Position numbers and translations under genes: made by a program. From Candidatus Babeliaceae bacterium (GTDB lineage: Bacteria; Babelota; Babeliae; Babelales; Babelaceae): DNA of 64,000 bases. The DNA lies in the NCBI GenBank assembly GCA_019744895.1, contig JAIETV010000002.1, forward strand, positions 6 through 64,005, read 5' to 3'. Below, piece after piece: positions 47,006-57,132 of the stretch (its first letter is position 1; each line of letters opens with the position of its first letter). A model generated the notes under the pieces. The model saw only the letters and a list, made by a program, of their open reading frames with translations, had not been told where the DNA came from and did no database searches.

Positions 47006-47183
47006 GGTACGGTCCTGTTAGTATACCGTAAGTTATTCTTGATGCACGAGAAAATTTTTTAAAATATTTTTTTTGATAAACCTCTCAATTGTTTTAAATT
47101 ATTTACTTTTTATACGTTTTTTATTTAAAATTAAAAGTAGATGTTTATATATAAAAAATATAATCTATGAAAGTTAATGTTAT

Positions 47184-47876
47184 ATGCGAATTTCAATTGC
47201 TGGATTGTGTGTTTTGCTCGGGTTTTCAAGTACTATTTTTTCGATGCAACCACGATTTAATCCATACAAAACAATTTTTTGTGAAAAAAAGACAGATGAG
47301 CCAACTTGGGTAGAAAGAAGGATCGTCTTAGGTAAATTTCTCAAACATTATCATCCTACGCCAGATCGGTGCCGGCCAATAATTCGTTTAGAAAATGGAG
47401 TACTTGTAAAGGCAGATGACTCTGACTCATTAGTCAGTACAACGCCTAGTGCTACGCTGGCGTGTATGATTAAAGGGTATAAAAATGTTGCTATTGAGAT
47501 GCCTGCTTTTCCGCGATTTAGCCCTGATTTAAAAATGATTCTGTCATCACATGAAGTTTATTACTTGCGGTTTAAAGACAGTGGCTTCACCAATGCAATT
47601 TGGTATACCTCTCAAGGAGAAAAAGATGCATTACTCCTGTTGAAGGCGATATTAAATTTACATGAGTATTCAGGATTTGCTTATTTGTGCGGGCAATTAA
47701 TAGGGTATTTAGAAAAAGACATCTATGCATTTTATCTTTCAACAGATGAAGAAAAATTATTTGCGCCTGAAAAGCAGCAAGCGCAAGCTTGGTTACAGGC
47801 AAATAGAGGTTCTATTGAACAATGGTTTAATGATAATAAAGACAGGCTGGGTATAGAATCAGGCAGGCTGTTATGA
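47184..47876 (+). CDS. Secreted hypothetical protein
   Basis: Signal-like MRISIAGLCVLLGFSSTIFS. No family recognised. Confidence 0.5.
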   Translation: MRISIAGLCVLLGFSSTIFSMQPRFNPYKTIFCEKKTDEPTWVERRIVLGKFLKHYHPTPDRCRPIIRLENGVLVKADDSDSLVSTTPSATLACMIKGYKNVAIEMPAFPRFSPDLKMILSSHEVYYLRFKDSGFTNAIWYTSQGEKDALLLLKAILNLHEYSGFAYLCGQLIGYLEKDIYAFYLSTDEEKLFAPEKQQAQAWLQANRGSIEQWFNDNKDRLGIESGRLL

Positions 47877-48869
47877 ATACGTATTTTTAAAAGTTTTTTT
47901 AATAATTGTTGCTGTATGCTTAGTCTTTTTTATACCCCAAGTTGAAGCAATCCAATGTGTTTTTGATTCTGGTTGCTTGAAAAATCTAAGAATTTCGGCA
48001 AAGAAATTTTCAGTTGGGGTAAAGCTTACTCCTGAGCTGATAATCCAGAGCAATAATATCCTATGTTGTACTACAGGATCATGTTCAAAAAAAGCTTTAC
48101 AATCAAGATGATTGTTATGCATAAGCGATCTGAATTGTTCTTGTGCAATTTTTTCAATAAATTTGTCTGCTTGTTGTAATTGGTCGAGCGCTCGGACAAG
48201 ATTTTCTGTTGCCCGTTTATCAAGTGCGCAATAGGCAGGAACTAAAGTATGTCGGATATTATTGCGCAAAAAATTACTATCTTGGTTTGTTGTGTCTATG
48301 CAATAATGTATACTCTTTTTCTGCAAGTAAGCTAATATTTCTTTTTTACTAATTTCAAGTAATGGGCGAATATATAAACCATTATGCGGTTTAATACCTG
48401 TTAACCCGGAAAGTCCAGAACCACGAATTAATCGAATAAAAAATGTTTCAATAAGATCATCTTGGTGATGCGCAAGAGCTATGGCATCAGCATGACTTTC
48501 AGCTGCAAGTTCTTGAAAAAACGCTCTGCGCGCATTGCGCGCATCTTGCTCTAAAGAGCCAGACAGACGCTTTCCCTGTTTGATGTCGTGCAGCTTTTTT
48601 TCATGATATTCGATACCTAAATCGAAACAGAGCTGTTTGCAGAATGCCGCGTCTTTGGGAGACTCTGTGCGCCAGCCATGGTCAACATGTGCAGCAATAA
48701 GTTTTAAATTATATTTTTTTTGTAAAGCTTTAAAAAAATAAACTAAAAATACTGAATCCGGTCCACCAGACAAGCCGATAATAAGACTTTGATCGGGAGA
48801 AATTAAATTCTCCCGAATACAAAACTGTTCAATTCTATCAAATATCAAGGTTTTTAACAAAGTGCCCAT
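47871..48869 (-). CDS. tilS: tRNA(Ile)-lysidine synthetase
   Basis: PP-loop GLSGGPDSVFL and HHQDDLIET. The ATG at 48869 overlaps the gyrB 3' end by about 32 nt, and a later TTG start is possible. Confidence 0.88.
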   Translation of the reverse strand: MGTLLKTLIFDRIEQFCIRENLISPDQSLIIGLSGGPDSVFLVYFFKALQKKYNLKLIAAHVDHGWRTESPKDAAFCKQLCFDLGIEYHEKKLHDIKQGKRLSGSLEQDARNARRAFFQELAAESHADAIALAHHQDDLIETFFIRLIRGSGLSGLTGIKPHNGLYIRPLLEISKKEILAYLQKKSIHYCIDTTNQDSNFLRNNIRHTLVPAYCALDKRATENLVRALDQLQQADKFIEKIAQEQFRSLMHNNHLDCKAFFEHDPVVQHRILLLWIISSGVSFTPTENFFAEILRFFKQPESKTHWIASTWGIKKTKHTATIIKKTFKNTYS

Positions 48870-51222
48870 TTTCTTCAATAAATGATTTTCTACCGGCAAC
48901 GTCATCACCCATGAGGGTATCAAACCACGCATCTGCCTCTAATGCATCGCCAATAGATACTTGGAGTAATTGACGGCGTTCACTATCCATAGAAGTTTCC
49001 CACAGCTGTTCTGGGTTCATCTCTCCCAGACCTTTATAACGTTGAATAGTCATATATGGTTTGCTGATTTTTGAAATGGCGGCGATGAGTTCCAATATAG
49101 AGCTTCCTGAGATGGTTCTTTCTTTTTCTGAAATCGCCAATGTCCATGGACGGCTTAAAAGAGCAATTTTTTGACCCGCTTCTTCAAGCTTTTCTGTTTC
49201 GAGACTTGTAAAGAAATCAGACGCAACTTCCCAGGGCTTATGCATATATGTTAATACCAGCTGATCAACAGGGATACCTTCGGTATGATTATGAATACTT
49301 ATTTCATATTTAGGCAGAAATGATTTTATTTTTTCAACAAGCTCCGGAGTTGTAAAAGTCTGCCCGCGCACTGCCGGGTAAGCGCTCATGAGCATCATAA
49401 TCTGTTCATAATTGAGCTTAAATTTAAATGAGATAATTTCTAATTGCTCTTCAAAAACTTTCACTAAATCAAGCAGCGCATGCCAAGCAGATATTTCAAG
49501 CGTTTTAGATTCGGCGGTAAGTTTTGTGTTTTCACGTGCCCACTCGATTAAAAATTGCTTAAGTGCTTTTTCATCTTTAAGATATTGCTCTTTTTTGCCA
49601 ATTTTTGCTTTAAATAATGGCGGTTGTGCGATATACAAATAACCAGTCTCAACAAGTGGCTTCATGTATCTATAGAAAAATGTTAATAAGAGCGTTCTAA
49701 TGTGAGACCCGTCAACATCAGCATCTGTCATTAAAATAATCTTATGATAGCGGGTTTTTTCAAGATTAAATTCATCATTAGTTACGCCGCTACCAATGGC
49801 TGCGATAAGTGATTTTATCTCTTCATTTGCCAAAATTTTATCCAAGCGTGCTTTTTCTACGTTTAAGATTTTACCGCGAATGGGCAAGATCGCCTGGGTA
49901 AATCTGTCTCGGGCTTGCTTTGCAGAACCGCCTGCAGAGTCACCCTCAACGATAAAGAGTTCAGTTTTAGATGGATCTTCTGTTGAGCAGTCTGCTAATT
50001 TTCCTGGTAAAATAGTTGATTCCAAAACCGTTTTTCTGCGTGTTAGTTCACGTGCCTTTTTTGCGGCATCGCGAGCCCGCATGGCAAGTTCAGCTTTTTG
50101 TAAAATTTTTCGGGCAATTTGAGGATTTTCTTCAAAGTAGGTATCAAGAAAGGAAAAAACCCATGATTCCACAAGTCCTTTTACTTCACTGTTTCCAAGT
50201 TTTGCCTTTGTTTGCCCTTCAAACTGCGGTTCGGCAACTTTAATATTAATAACACATACAAGTCCTTCGCGAACATCCTCGCTAGAAAACGAGTCTGTAC
50301 CCTTAAGTATATTAAACTCTTGTGCACGTCGGTTGCATGCTTTTGTTAAGGCACCTTTAAATCCTGCAACATGTGTGCCGCCTTCAGAAGTATTAATATT
50401 ATTTACAAACGAATAAAGTTGTTCTCCATACCCTTCATTATACTGCAATGCAATTTCAAGATAGGTATGCTCATCTTCTTTATGCATATAAAGAATTTCA
50501 GGGAAGATAGGCGTTTTTTTTGAGTTTATAAATTCAACAAAGGAAACAATACCGCCTTCAAAATAAAATTCGTGGCTTTTGTTGCTGCGTTCATCAAAAA
50601 TGGTTATGCGCAAACCTTTATTTAAAAAAGCAAGTTCGCGAAGACGCGCAGAAAGAGTATCGAAGTTAAATTCAACCGTTTCTTTAAAAATTTGAGCATC
50701 AGGTTTAAAGCGAACGACTGTTCCGCGCTTAGTGGATGTTCCCGTTTCATTTAACAGTTCAAGAGGATTACCGCGTTGGTAGTTCTGTTCAAATACTTTG
50801 CCATTTCTAAAAATAGTAAGGTGGAGCCATTCAGAAAGCGCATTAACTACAGAAACACCAACACCATGGAGCCCGCCTGAGAATTTATAAGTATCTTTAT
50901 CAAATTTGCCACCGGCATGTAATTTGGTTAAAGCAACTTGCGCTGCAGAGACGCCTTCTGTTGGGTGAATATCAGTTGGTATACCACGACCATTATCTTC
51001 AACAGAGCAGCTGCCATCTTCATGTAATAGTACAATGACAGTATCGCAATAACCCGCAAGAGCCTCATCAACCGAGTTATCTACAATTTCGTAGACAAGA
51101 TGATGCAGACCTTGTGGTCCGGTAGACCCGATATACATAGCAGGACGTTTGCGTACCGCTTCTAAACCTTCTATAACACGAATAGACTGAGCTGAATATT
51201 CTTTTTCGTTTGGGTTGGACAT
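48838..51222 (-). CDS. gyrB: DNA gyrase subunit B
   Basis: Start at MSNPNEKEY preceded by GGAG. GLEAVRKRPAMYIG, HEDGSCSVEDNGRGIP, EGDSAGGSA, PIRGKILNVEKA, MTDADVDGSHI. TGA stop. Confidence 0.97.
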   Translation of the reverse strand: MSNPNEKEYSAQSIRVIEGLEAVRKRPAMYIGSTGPQGLHHLVYEIVDNSVDEALAGYCDTVIVLLHEDGSCSVEDNGRGIPTDIHPTEGVSAAQVALTKLHAGGKFDKDTYKFSGGLHGVGVSVVNALSEWLHLTIFRNGKVFEQNYQRGNPLELLNETGTSTKRGTVVRFKPDAQIFKETVEFNFDTLSARLRELAFLNKGLRITIFDERSNKSHEFYFEGGIVSFVEFINSKKTPIFPEILYMHKEDEHTYLEIALQYNEGYGEQLYSFVNNINTSEGGTHVAGFKGALTKACNRRAQEFNILKGTDSFSSEDVREGLVCVINIKVAEPQFEGQTKAKLGNSEVKGLVESWVFSFLDTYFEENPQIARKILQKAELAMRARDAAKKARELTRRKTVLESTILPGKLADCSTEDPSKTELFIVEGDSAGGSAKQARDRFTQAILPIRGKILNVEKARLDKILANEEIKSLIAAIGSGVTNDEFNLEKTRYHKIILMTDADVDGSHIRTLLLTFFYRYMKPLVETGYLYIAQPPLFKAKIGKKEQYLKDEKALKQFLIEWARENTKLTAESKTLEISAWHALLDLVKVFEEQLEIISFKFKLNYEQIMMLMSAYPAVRGQTFTTPELVEKIKSFLPKYEISIHNHTEGIPVDQLVLTYMHKPWEVASDFFTSLETEKLEEAGQKIALLSRPWTLAISEKERTISGSSILELIAAISKISKPYMTIQRYKGLGEMNPEQLWETSMDSERRQLLQVSIGDALEADAWFDTLMGDDVAGRKSFIEENGHFVKNLDI

Positions 51223-51352
51223 AGCGGCGTCTCCTTCTAAGAGTAAAAACTTGAGCATGAGATAATTTTTTGTTTTAAGCTACTATATTTGTATGCTTAT
51301 TTACTAGTATTCAAGTATACGCTATACTGCAGATTTTTCTAGAAAGAGAAGT

Positions 51353-51604
51353 ATGAACTACGCTGTTGGTTTTTTATATGTAAAAAATTCTGTTCTATTA
51401 GTTCGCCGTTGCAACGCTTCATATGGCAATCGCTTATACTCGTTGGTTGGTGGCAAAATCGAGCAGGGTGAATCAGGCATTCAGAGCATGGCTGGTAAAC
51501 TTATATTAAAAAGTTCTTTTTTTGTTGTAAAATATCCCTTTTTTGAGCGATACTTATTACATTATTTTAACTCTGGGAAAGTTATAGATTATCATGTTAG
51601 TTAA
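51353..51604 (+). pseudogene. Probable NUDIX-hydrolase gene remnant
   Basis: The N-terminus VGFLYVKNSVLLVRR...YSLVGGKIEQGES matches the start of a Nudix fold and box. The REUxEE part of the box is missing and the rest is low-complexity. It overlaps the tadA start. Confidence 0.35.
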
Positions 51605-52070
51605 AGAACAGCCCTATTTTGAGCATGACCTAAGCTACATGCAGCATGCCTACGATTTGTCGCTTAAGGCGTTTGAGTTGAACGAGGTCCCTATAGGCGC
51701 TGTTATTGTAGATCCAAGTGGAAAGATTATTGGTCTTGGGTATAATAGAACCGAGATAGAAAAGTGTCAAAGTGCCCACGCAGAAGTGATTGCCATAAAA
51801 AATGCATGTGAAAACATGAATGATTGGAGGCTTGAGGGCTGCACCCTATATGTAACACTCCAGCCTTGCATGATCTGTTACGGGCTTTCAGCATTAAGTA
51901 GAATCGAACGCATTGTTTACGGGGCTACTTCACCTATTTATGGCTTTCATATTGACTCCAAAGATCTGCCTGGGGTATATACTAAGCACACTAAATTTTT
52001 TTCATCAGGAGTGATGGAAGGTGAGATTAAAGCGTTATTGAAAAGATTCTTTAAGCTAAAAAGAGAATAG
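51594..52070 (+). CDS. tadA: tRNA-specific adenosine deaminase
   Basis: HAEVIAI and PCMICYGL zinc-binding motifs. Typical size. Confidence 0.92.
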   Translation: MLVKEQPYFEHDLSYMQHAYDLSLKAFELNEVPIGAVIVDPSGKIIGLGYNRTEIEKCQSAHAEVIAIKNACENMNDWRLEGCTLYVTLQPCMICYGLSALSRIERIVYGATSPIYGFHIDSKDLPGVYTKHTKFFSSGVMEGEIKALLKRFFKLKRE

Positions 52071-52083
52071 ATAGGGAGAGAGT

Positions 52084-52422
52084 ATGAATAATAATTATGA
52101 TAAAATGAAACAAAGACTCTTAGATCGCAAAAAAGAGCTTGAGGAATTGCTTAAAGGTCTTTCGCAAGAAAAAGTTTCCGATACAGAAGTTCAAGACCCG
52201 GGTGATCAGGCAGCAGCAGCAACTTCTGAAGATATTATGATCTCTATACAGGCAAATGAATACGAAGAATATCGCATGATTACCAAGGCCTTAAAAGCCA
52301 TAGAAGAAGGTACATACGGCGCTTGCATAGACTGCGGTAACCCGATAGCTGAAAAGCGCCTTCTTTTGTATCCGAATGCAACCAGATGTATTACCTGCCA
52401 GGAAGCAGCAGAAGAACGCTAA
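52084..52422 (+). CDS. dksA: DksA/TraR-family C4 zinc-finger protein
   Basis: A coiled-coil N-terminal part. CIDCGNPIAEKRL...RCITCQ. Confidence 0.8.
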   Translation: MNNNYDKMKQRLLDRKKELEELLKGLSQEKVSDTEVQDPGDQAAAATSEDIMISIQANEYEEYRMITKALKAIEEGTYGACIDCGNPIAEKRLLLYPNATRCITCQEAAEER

Positions 52423-52470
52423 GTTTTCATATTGTAGAAAGTTTCCATTCTGATATACTTGAAGGGTGTT

Positions 52471-52546
52471 GCCGATGTAGCTCAGCTGGTAGAGCACCTG
52501 ATTCGTAATCAGTAGGTCGGCGGTTCAAATCCGCTCATCGGCTCCA
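52471..52546 (+). tRNA. tRNA-Thr (CGT)
   Basis: Acceptor GCCGATG/CATCGGC, anticodon loop TTCGTAA, CCA encoded. Confidence 0.88.
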
Positions 52547-52600
52547 GCGAGCCGATCCAGCAGGTAAAAAAGTATATGTTATAAGGACTAAATAAACCAT

Positions 52601-53119
52601 ATGAAAACAACAACCAAGCCATTGAGCAAAAGCTCAACACCAAAAACAGCTTCAGTAAGCACTAAAGTTGCGACTCAGACTAAAACAGCTGCGGAAAAAA
52701 GGGCGCCTGCAGCAAGAAAAAAAACTAATGCTCCAGTATCCCACGCTGTTGGAAGGCGTAAATCTTCAGTAGCACGTGTTTGGTTGCGTACAGGAAAAGG
52801 CGCATTTACCGTTAATGGTAAAGAAGTTCTTTCTTATTTTGATACCGAAGTAAGTCGGGCAAGTGCATTGGCTCCATGGACCATGTTGCCGCATTTAAGC
52901 AAAGAATTTGACATAGAAGTCAATGTTAATGGTGGCGGAATGAATTCTCAAGCTGATGCTGTTAAGCTAGGCGTTGCACGCGCAGTTATTGAGGTTCGTA
53001 ATGATGCTCGTGACGTATTGCGTTCAGAAGGTCTTTTAACCGTTGACTCACGCATTAAAGAACGTAAGAAATACGGCCAAAAAGGCGCACGTCGCAAATT
53101 CCAATTCGTTAAACGTTAA
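52601..53119 (+). CDS. rpsI: 30S ribosomal protein S9 with a Lys/Ala/Thr-rich N-terminal extension
   Basis: GRRKSSVARVWL, GGGMNSQADAVKLGVARA, ERKKYGQKGARRKFQFVKR. About 45 extra N-terminal residues. Confidence 0.93.
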   Translation: MKTTTKPLSKSSTPKTASVSTKVATQTKTAAEKRAPAARKKTNAPVSHAVGRRKSSVARVWLRTGKGAFTVNGKEVLSYFDTEVSRASALAPWTMLPHLSKEFDIEVNVNGGGMNSQADAVKLGVARAVIEVRNDARDVLRSEGLLTVDSRIKERKKYGQKGARRKFQFVKR

Positions 53120-53157
53120 TTGTTGTTATTATACTAGAGTAGTAATAAGGTTTTGGT

Positions 53158-55005
53158 ATGTGTAGTGTTGTAGGGTACAATGGCCCCAGAGTATGTAAAG
53201 ATATAATACTTGAAGGGCTGTCTCGTTTAGAATATCGTGGTTACGATTCTTCTGGATTTGCCTGCATCTCACCTATATCAAAGCTTGTTAGTGTAAAATC
53301 GCAGGGTGGAATAGAGCAACTTTCTTCTAAGCTTGAGCTTCAGCCTGATTTAGTATTAGATAGCACTTTAGCAATTGGACATACGCGATGGGCTACTCAT
53401 GGTGTTTCGTCAGATAGTAATGCGCATCCGCATTATGATTGTCAAAAGACTATCGCTGTTGTACATAACGGTATTATTGAAAACTTTGCTTTTCTCAAAG
53501 AAAAACTCCAACTTGTGGGCCATCACTTTATTTCCCAAACAGATACGGAAGTGGTGGCACATCTTTTTGAAGATGAGCTTAAAAATAGCACCTTAGAAAA
53601 GGCTATTCTTTCCTTAGTTTCTAAGATTCAAGGGGCGTATGCTTTACTCATAGTTTCAGAAAGATACCCTGATTATTTAATTGCCATAAGAAAAAGTTCG
53701 CCACTTTGTTTAGGTATCGGTAAAAATGAAACATTTGTTGCTTCAGATGTTTATGCGTTTACTGATAAAACTAACCAGGTTGTCTTTTTGCCAGATGAGT
53801 CATTTGCTTTAATTTCTAAAGCTGGATACCATGTTTACAATTTTTTTGGCGAACGCATTTTCCCGCCAGTTCAAAAAAATAACTGCACCTTGGCCCAAGT
53901 GGGGAAAGGTAATTATGCGCACTATATGCTCAAAGAAATTTATGAGCAAAAACGTGTTATCATTGACACGGTTAATTTTTTGCGTGCAAGTAAAGCGGCG
54001 GGTATGCATGAACTTAATTTAACCTATGAAACCATCAATGAGCTTCAAAAAATTAATTTTGTTGGATGCGGAACATCGTGGCATGCAGGCTTGATTGCCG
54101 AATATTTCATGCAAGAAGTTGCTCAGATTCCCACCCAATCGTTTTTAGCTTCTGAGTTTCGGTACAAAAAATTATTTACGCATCCAAGAACGCTTACGTT
54201 TATTATTTCTCAATCAGGTGAGACAGCTGATTCACTTGAAGCCTTACGTTTATTGAGTGTTTCAAAACAGACAACGGTAGCGCTTACTAACGTAGCTTCC
54301 AGTTCTATGGTGCGTGAAGCAGATGGTTTTTTACTTACTCAAGCTGGGCAAGAAATTGCCGTTGCCTCAACTAAAGCATTCACTGGGCAAGTTGCTGCAT
54401 TGTATTGGATTGCTTATTGGATAGCTCATATTAAAGGTCTTATTACCACTCAAGCTATCACGCGTGCAGAAGAAGAGTTACTTGTTGCAGCTGAAGTTTT
54501 AGAAAATAGTATTGAACGATATAAGTTTGATATTATTTCACGTATTGCACCACACTATGTACAATATAAAAATTTTATTTTTCTTGGCAGGCATATTAGC
54601 TTTCCTTTTGCGCTTGAAGCTGCTTTAAAGTTAAAAGAGATAGCGTATGTTTTTGTTGATTGTTATCCTGCTGGTGAACTTAAGCATGGTCCACTTGCAC
54701 TTATTGACCAACAAACGCCTGTTGTCTTATTTTCCAGCTTAGATGAGACTATATATAAAAAATTATGCGGTAATGCTCAAGAAGTAAAAGCTCGTTCTGG
54801 CCATTTAATTATCTTCGCATTTGAGCATCAAAAAGACCTTATTGATTTGGCAGACACTGTATTTATATTTCCTAAAATTAATTCACTTCTTGCCCCACTT
54901 ATTATGACTGGCCTTGTTCAATTCTTTGTGTACCAAATTGCCACTATTTTAGAACGCCCCATCGATCGCCCAAGAAATTTAGCAAAATCAGTAACCGTAG
55001 AATAG
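53158..55005 (+). CDS. glmS: Glutamine--fructose-6-phosphate aminotransferase (isomerizing)
   Basis: N-terminal MCSVVGY (Cys nucleophile), HTRWATHG, two SIS domains, C-terminal KSVTVE. Confidence 0.96.
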   Translation: MCSVVGYNGPRVCKDIILEGLSRLEYRGYDSSGFACISPISKLVSVKSQGGIEQLSSKLELQPDLVLDSTLAIGHTRWATHGVSSDSNAHPHYDCQKTIAVVHNGIIENFAFLKEKLQLVGHHFISQTDTEVVAHLFEDELKNSTLEKAILSLVSKIQGAYALLIVSERYPDYLIAIRKSSPLCLGIGKNETFVASDVYAFTDKTNQVVFLPDESFALISKAGYHVYNFFGERIFPPVQKNNCTLAQVGKGNYAHYMLKEIYEQKRVIIDTVNFLRASKAAGMHELNLTYETINELQKINFVGCGTSWHAGLIAEYFMQEVAQIPTQSFLASEFRYKKLFTHPRTLTFIISQSGETADSLEALRLLSVSKQTTVALTNVASSSMVREADGFLLTQAGQEIAVASTKAFTGQVAALYWIAYWIAHIKGLITTQAITRAEEELLVAAEVLENSIERYKFDIISRIAPHYVQYKNFIFLGRHISFPFALEAALKLKEIAYVFVDCYPAGELKHGPLALIDQQTPVVLFSSLDETIYKKLCGNAQEVKARSGHLIIFAFEHQKDLIDLADTVFIFPKINSLLAPLIMTGLVQFFVYQIATILERPIDRPRNLAKSVTVE

Positions 55006-55084
55006 TATTTTTTTATTAAATCTAGACTTTTTTCCTCATAAAATTTTATTTTTATAATAACTTTTATTTTTTTGTAAGGGTATT

Positions 55085-55522
55085 ATGAGAAAAAAAAATC
55101 TATTTGTAATCTCACTGTTGCATCTCTGTTCAATTCACACACAAGAGCTTTCTCAATGCAAAAAAATTGTTCTAGATAAAACTATTGAGCCACGGGAAAT
55201 AATAGAAACCGCTGTTCAAGAGGCTATTTTTTGTCTTCAACAATTGCAGGGGCGTCTTATGGAAGCTGTTGTTCATCGGTGGGCAGAGATTTTAAAAAGT
55301 TATTTTGAAAGATTGCTAGGTAATCAAATTAATATACAGATTGATAGTGAAAATGAATCTGTATCATTAAAAAATAACAATCAATATCCTCATATAGACT
55401 CATTAAGTATTTTATTTGCTGCTATGCAAGGTATGCATGAAATGCATGAAAATCAGATCAAAGAATTAAAAAATCATATTGAATTATTGGAATATAAGAT
55501 TAAGAAACTAGAGACGACCTAG
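55085..55522 (+). CDS. Secreted coiled-coil hypothetical protein
   Basis: Signal-like MRKKNLFVISLLHLCS. Heptad-like C-terminus. Confidence 0.5.
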   Translation: MRKKNLFVISLLHLCSIHTQELSQCKKIVLDKTIEPREIIETAVQEAIFCLQQLQGRLMEAVVHRWAEILKSYFERLLGNQINIQIDSENESVSLKNNNQYPHIDSLSILFAAMQGMHEMHENQIKELKNHIELLEYKIKKLETT

Positions 55523-55575
55523 TATTTTTTTGGTATCCTGAAATGAATTTTTGTTTTTAATCACAAGGAGATATC

Positions 55576-56187
55576 ATGAATGCATGGGCATTATTATTAA
55601 GTTTTTTTAGTTCACTTACCACACCAGGCTTTTGCGCAAATGTCGCTGAAGTTAAAACAGTTCAAACTCACCAACCTGCACAGGTAATTGTTTTGATGTC
55701 AACAGATAGACCAGATAGTAAGACAAACTATGTAGCAGAAAATCTTATGCATGCATATCAACAAGCCGGTTTGAACGCAGAATTGTACCGTGTCACCGAT
55801 TTTGGTCATGAATTTTATCAGCCAACTGCATACATGCAAAAGCCGGAAGCTTTTATGAAATTTAATGATGCGGTTTTAGCTGCTAACCTGGTGGTACTTG
55901 TTACGCCGGAATATAATGCAACAATTCCAGCACCATTAACACGAGTACTAAATTTATTATCTTTTCCAAGTTCTTTTAACGATAAAAAATATGTTATTGT
56001 TTCATTAAGTGTGAGCCCCTATGGCGCTGTGCGTGCGTATGAAGGGCTTAAAAAAGTTTTAACCGATCTGCATGCAGTAGTTCTGAATGATCTTGCTGTC
56101 AAAATTCCTGAAGTTCAAAATGCAACTAAAAGCTCAAGCGTATATAAAGAGCACGCTCTAAAAATTACAGAATTTTTACAAAAATAA
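55576..56187 (+). CDS. NAD(P)H-dependent FMN-reductase-like flavodoxin-fold protein with signal-like N-terminus
   Basis: VIVLMSTDRPDSKTNYVAE and VLVTPEYNATIPAPLTRVLN match the FMN_red family pattern. About 35 N-terminal residues look like a signal peptide. Confidence 0.6.
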   Translation: MNAWALLLSFFSSLTTPGFCANVAEVKTVQTHQPAQVIVLMSTDRPDSKTNYVAENLMHAYQQAGLNAELYRVTDFGHEFYQPTAYMQKPEAFMKFNDAVLAANLVVLVTPEYNATIPAPLTRVLNLLSFPSSFNDKKYVIVSLSVSPYGAVRAYEGLKKVLTDLHAVVLNDLAVKIPEVQNATKSSSVYKEHALKITEFLQK

Positions 56188-56220
56188 AAAAGGGCATAGT
56201 AGTTACTTAACTATACATCT

Positions 56221-56250
56221 AAAAAGGGAGTGATTAATCACTCCCTTTTT
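56221..56250. terminator. Bidirectional rho-independent terminator
   Basis: AAAAA GGGAGTGATT AATCACTCCC TTTTT between convergent genes. Confidence 0.75.
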
Positions 56251-56253
56251 ATG

Positions 56254-57132
56254 TTAAAGCTTATGACCACCAAATAAATGGCGCATGAGCGAAATATATT
56301 TAGTTGCAAAAGAGACACTTCCTTTTTGTGACTCTAAGCGCACCTGTAAAGCATCTTTAATAACTGGTATAGAGATAGCATGTTTTTGGGCATTTTCAAT
56401 GCTCCACCTGACAGTTTCAGTTTCAGCAACTATGCCAGAGGTTTTTTCTAGATTTTTTTCCATAAGTGCGTACTCAGACAAAGCAAGTAACTGCGAAGAA
56501 ATAATTGCGCCCTGGTTCCATATATGTGCAATTTCTGAAAGGTTTAGATCTTTATAATCACCATGCTTAAGAAGATTAAAGCCTTCTGCATATGCCTCAA
56601 GTAAACCATATTCTATGCTATTATGTACCATTTTAACATAATGACCGGCTCCGGCAGGGCCAACGTGCACATAACCATTTTCTTGGGCAAGTGCAGCAAA
56701 AACGGGTTTGCATAGAGTGAAAGTTTTTTTATCACCGCCAATAGTTAAACTATAACCAGTCTCTGCTCCTAGTATGCCGCCTGATGTCCCACAATCAAGA
56801 AACTGAATAGCGGATTTTCTAAGTTCTTCATAGTGCTTTACACTATCACTAAAATGACTATTGCCAGCATCTATAATAACAGTGTGGTGATGCGCATGTT
56901 TTTTTAGAGCTTCAATAACATCACTTACTGCCGTGCCTGCAGGAACCAATACAATAATAATATGTGTATGTGTAGGTAATTCATCCAATGGTACAGCTTT
57001 GCCTCCCTGTGCAGCAAAAAAATTTTGTGATTGAAGCTGAGTATCGTAACCATAAACGGTATATCCTGCATTGAGCAATCTTTGTGTAAAACCAAGGCCC
57101 ATCTTACCAAGACCTACAATACCAATTTTCAT
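56254..57132 (-). CDS. gnd: 6-phosphogluconate dehydrogenase (decarboxylating), short form
   Basis: KIGIVGLGKMG Rossmann start. GAGHYVKMVHNSIEYGLLEAYAEG. ATGA overlap with zwf. Confidence 0.85.
   Translation of the reverse strand: MKIGIVGLGKMGLGFTQRLLNAGYTVYGYDTQLQSQNFFAAQGGKAVPLDELPTHTHIIIVLVPAGTAVSDVIEALKKHAHHHTVIIDAGNSHFSDSVKHYEELRKSAIQFLDCGTSGGILGAETGYSLTIGGDKKTFTLCKPVFAALAQENGYVHVGPAGAGHYVKMVHNSIEYGLLEAYAEGFNLLKHGDYKDLNLSEIAHIWNQGAIISSQLLALSEYALMEKNLEKTSGIVAETETVRWSIENAQKHAISIPVIKDALQVRLESQKGSVSFATKYISLMRHLFGGHKL

Noticed and set aside
53120-53157. glmS ribozyme upstream of glmS.
   Set aside because: The rpsI-glmS spacer is only 38 nt, far too short for the ribozyme.
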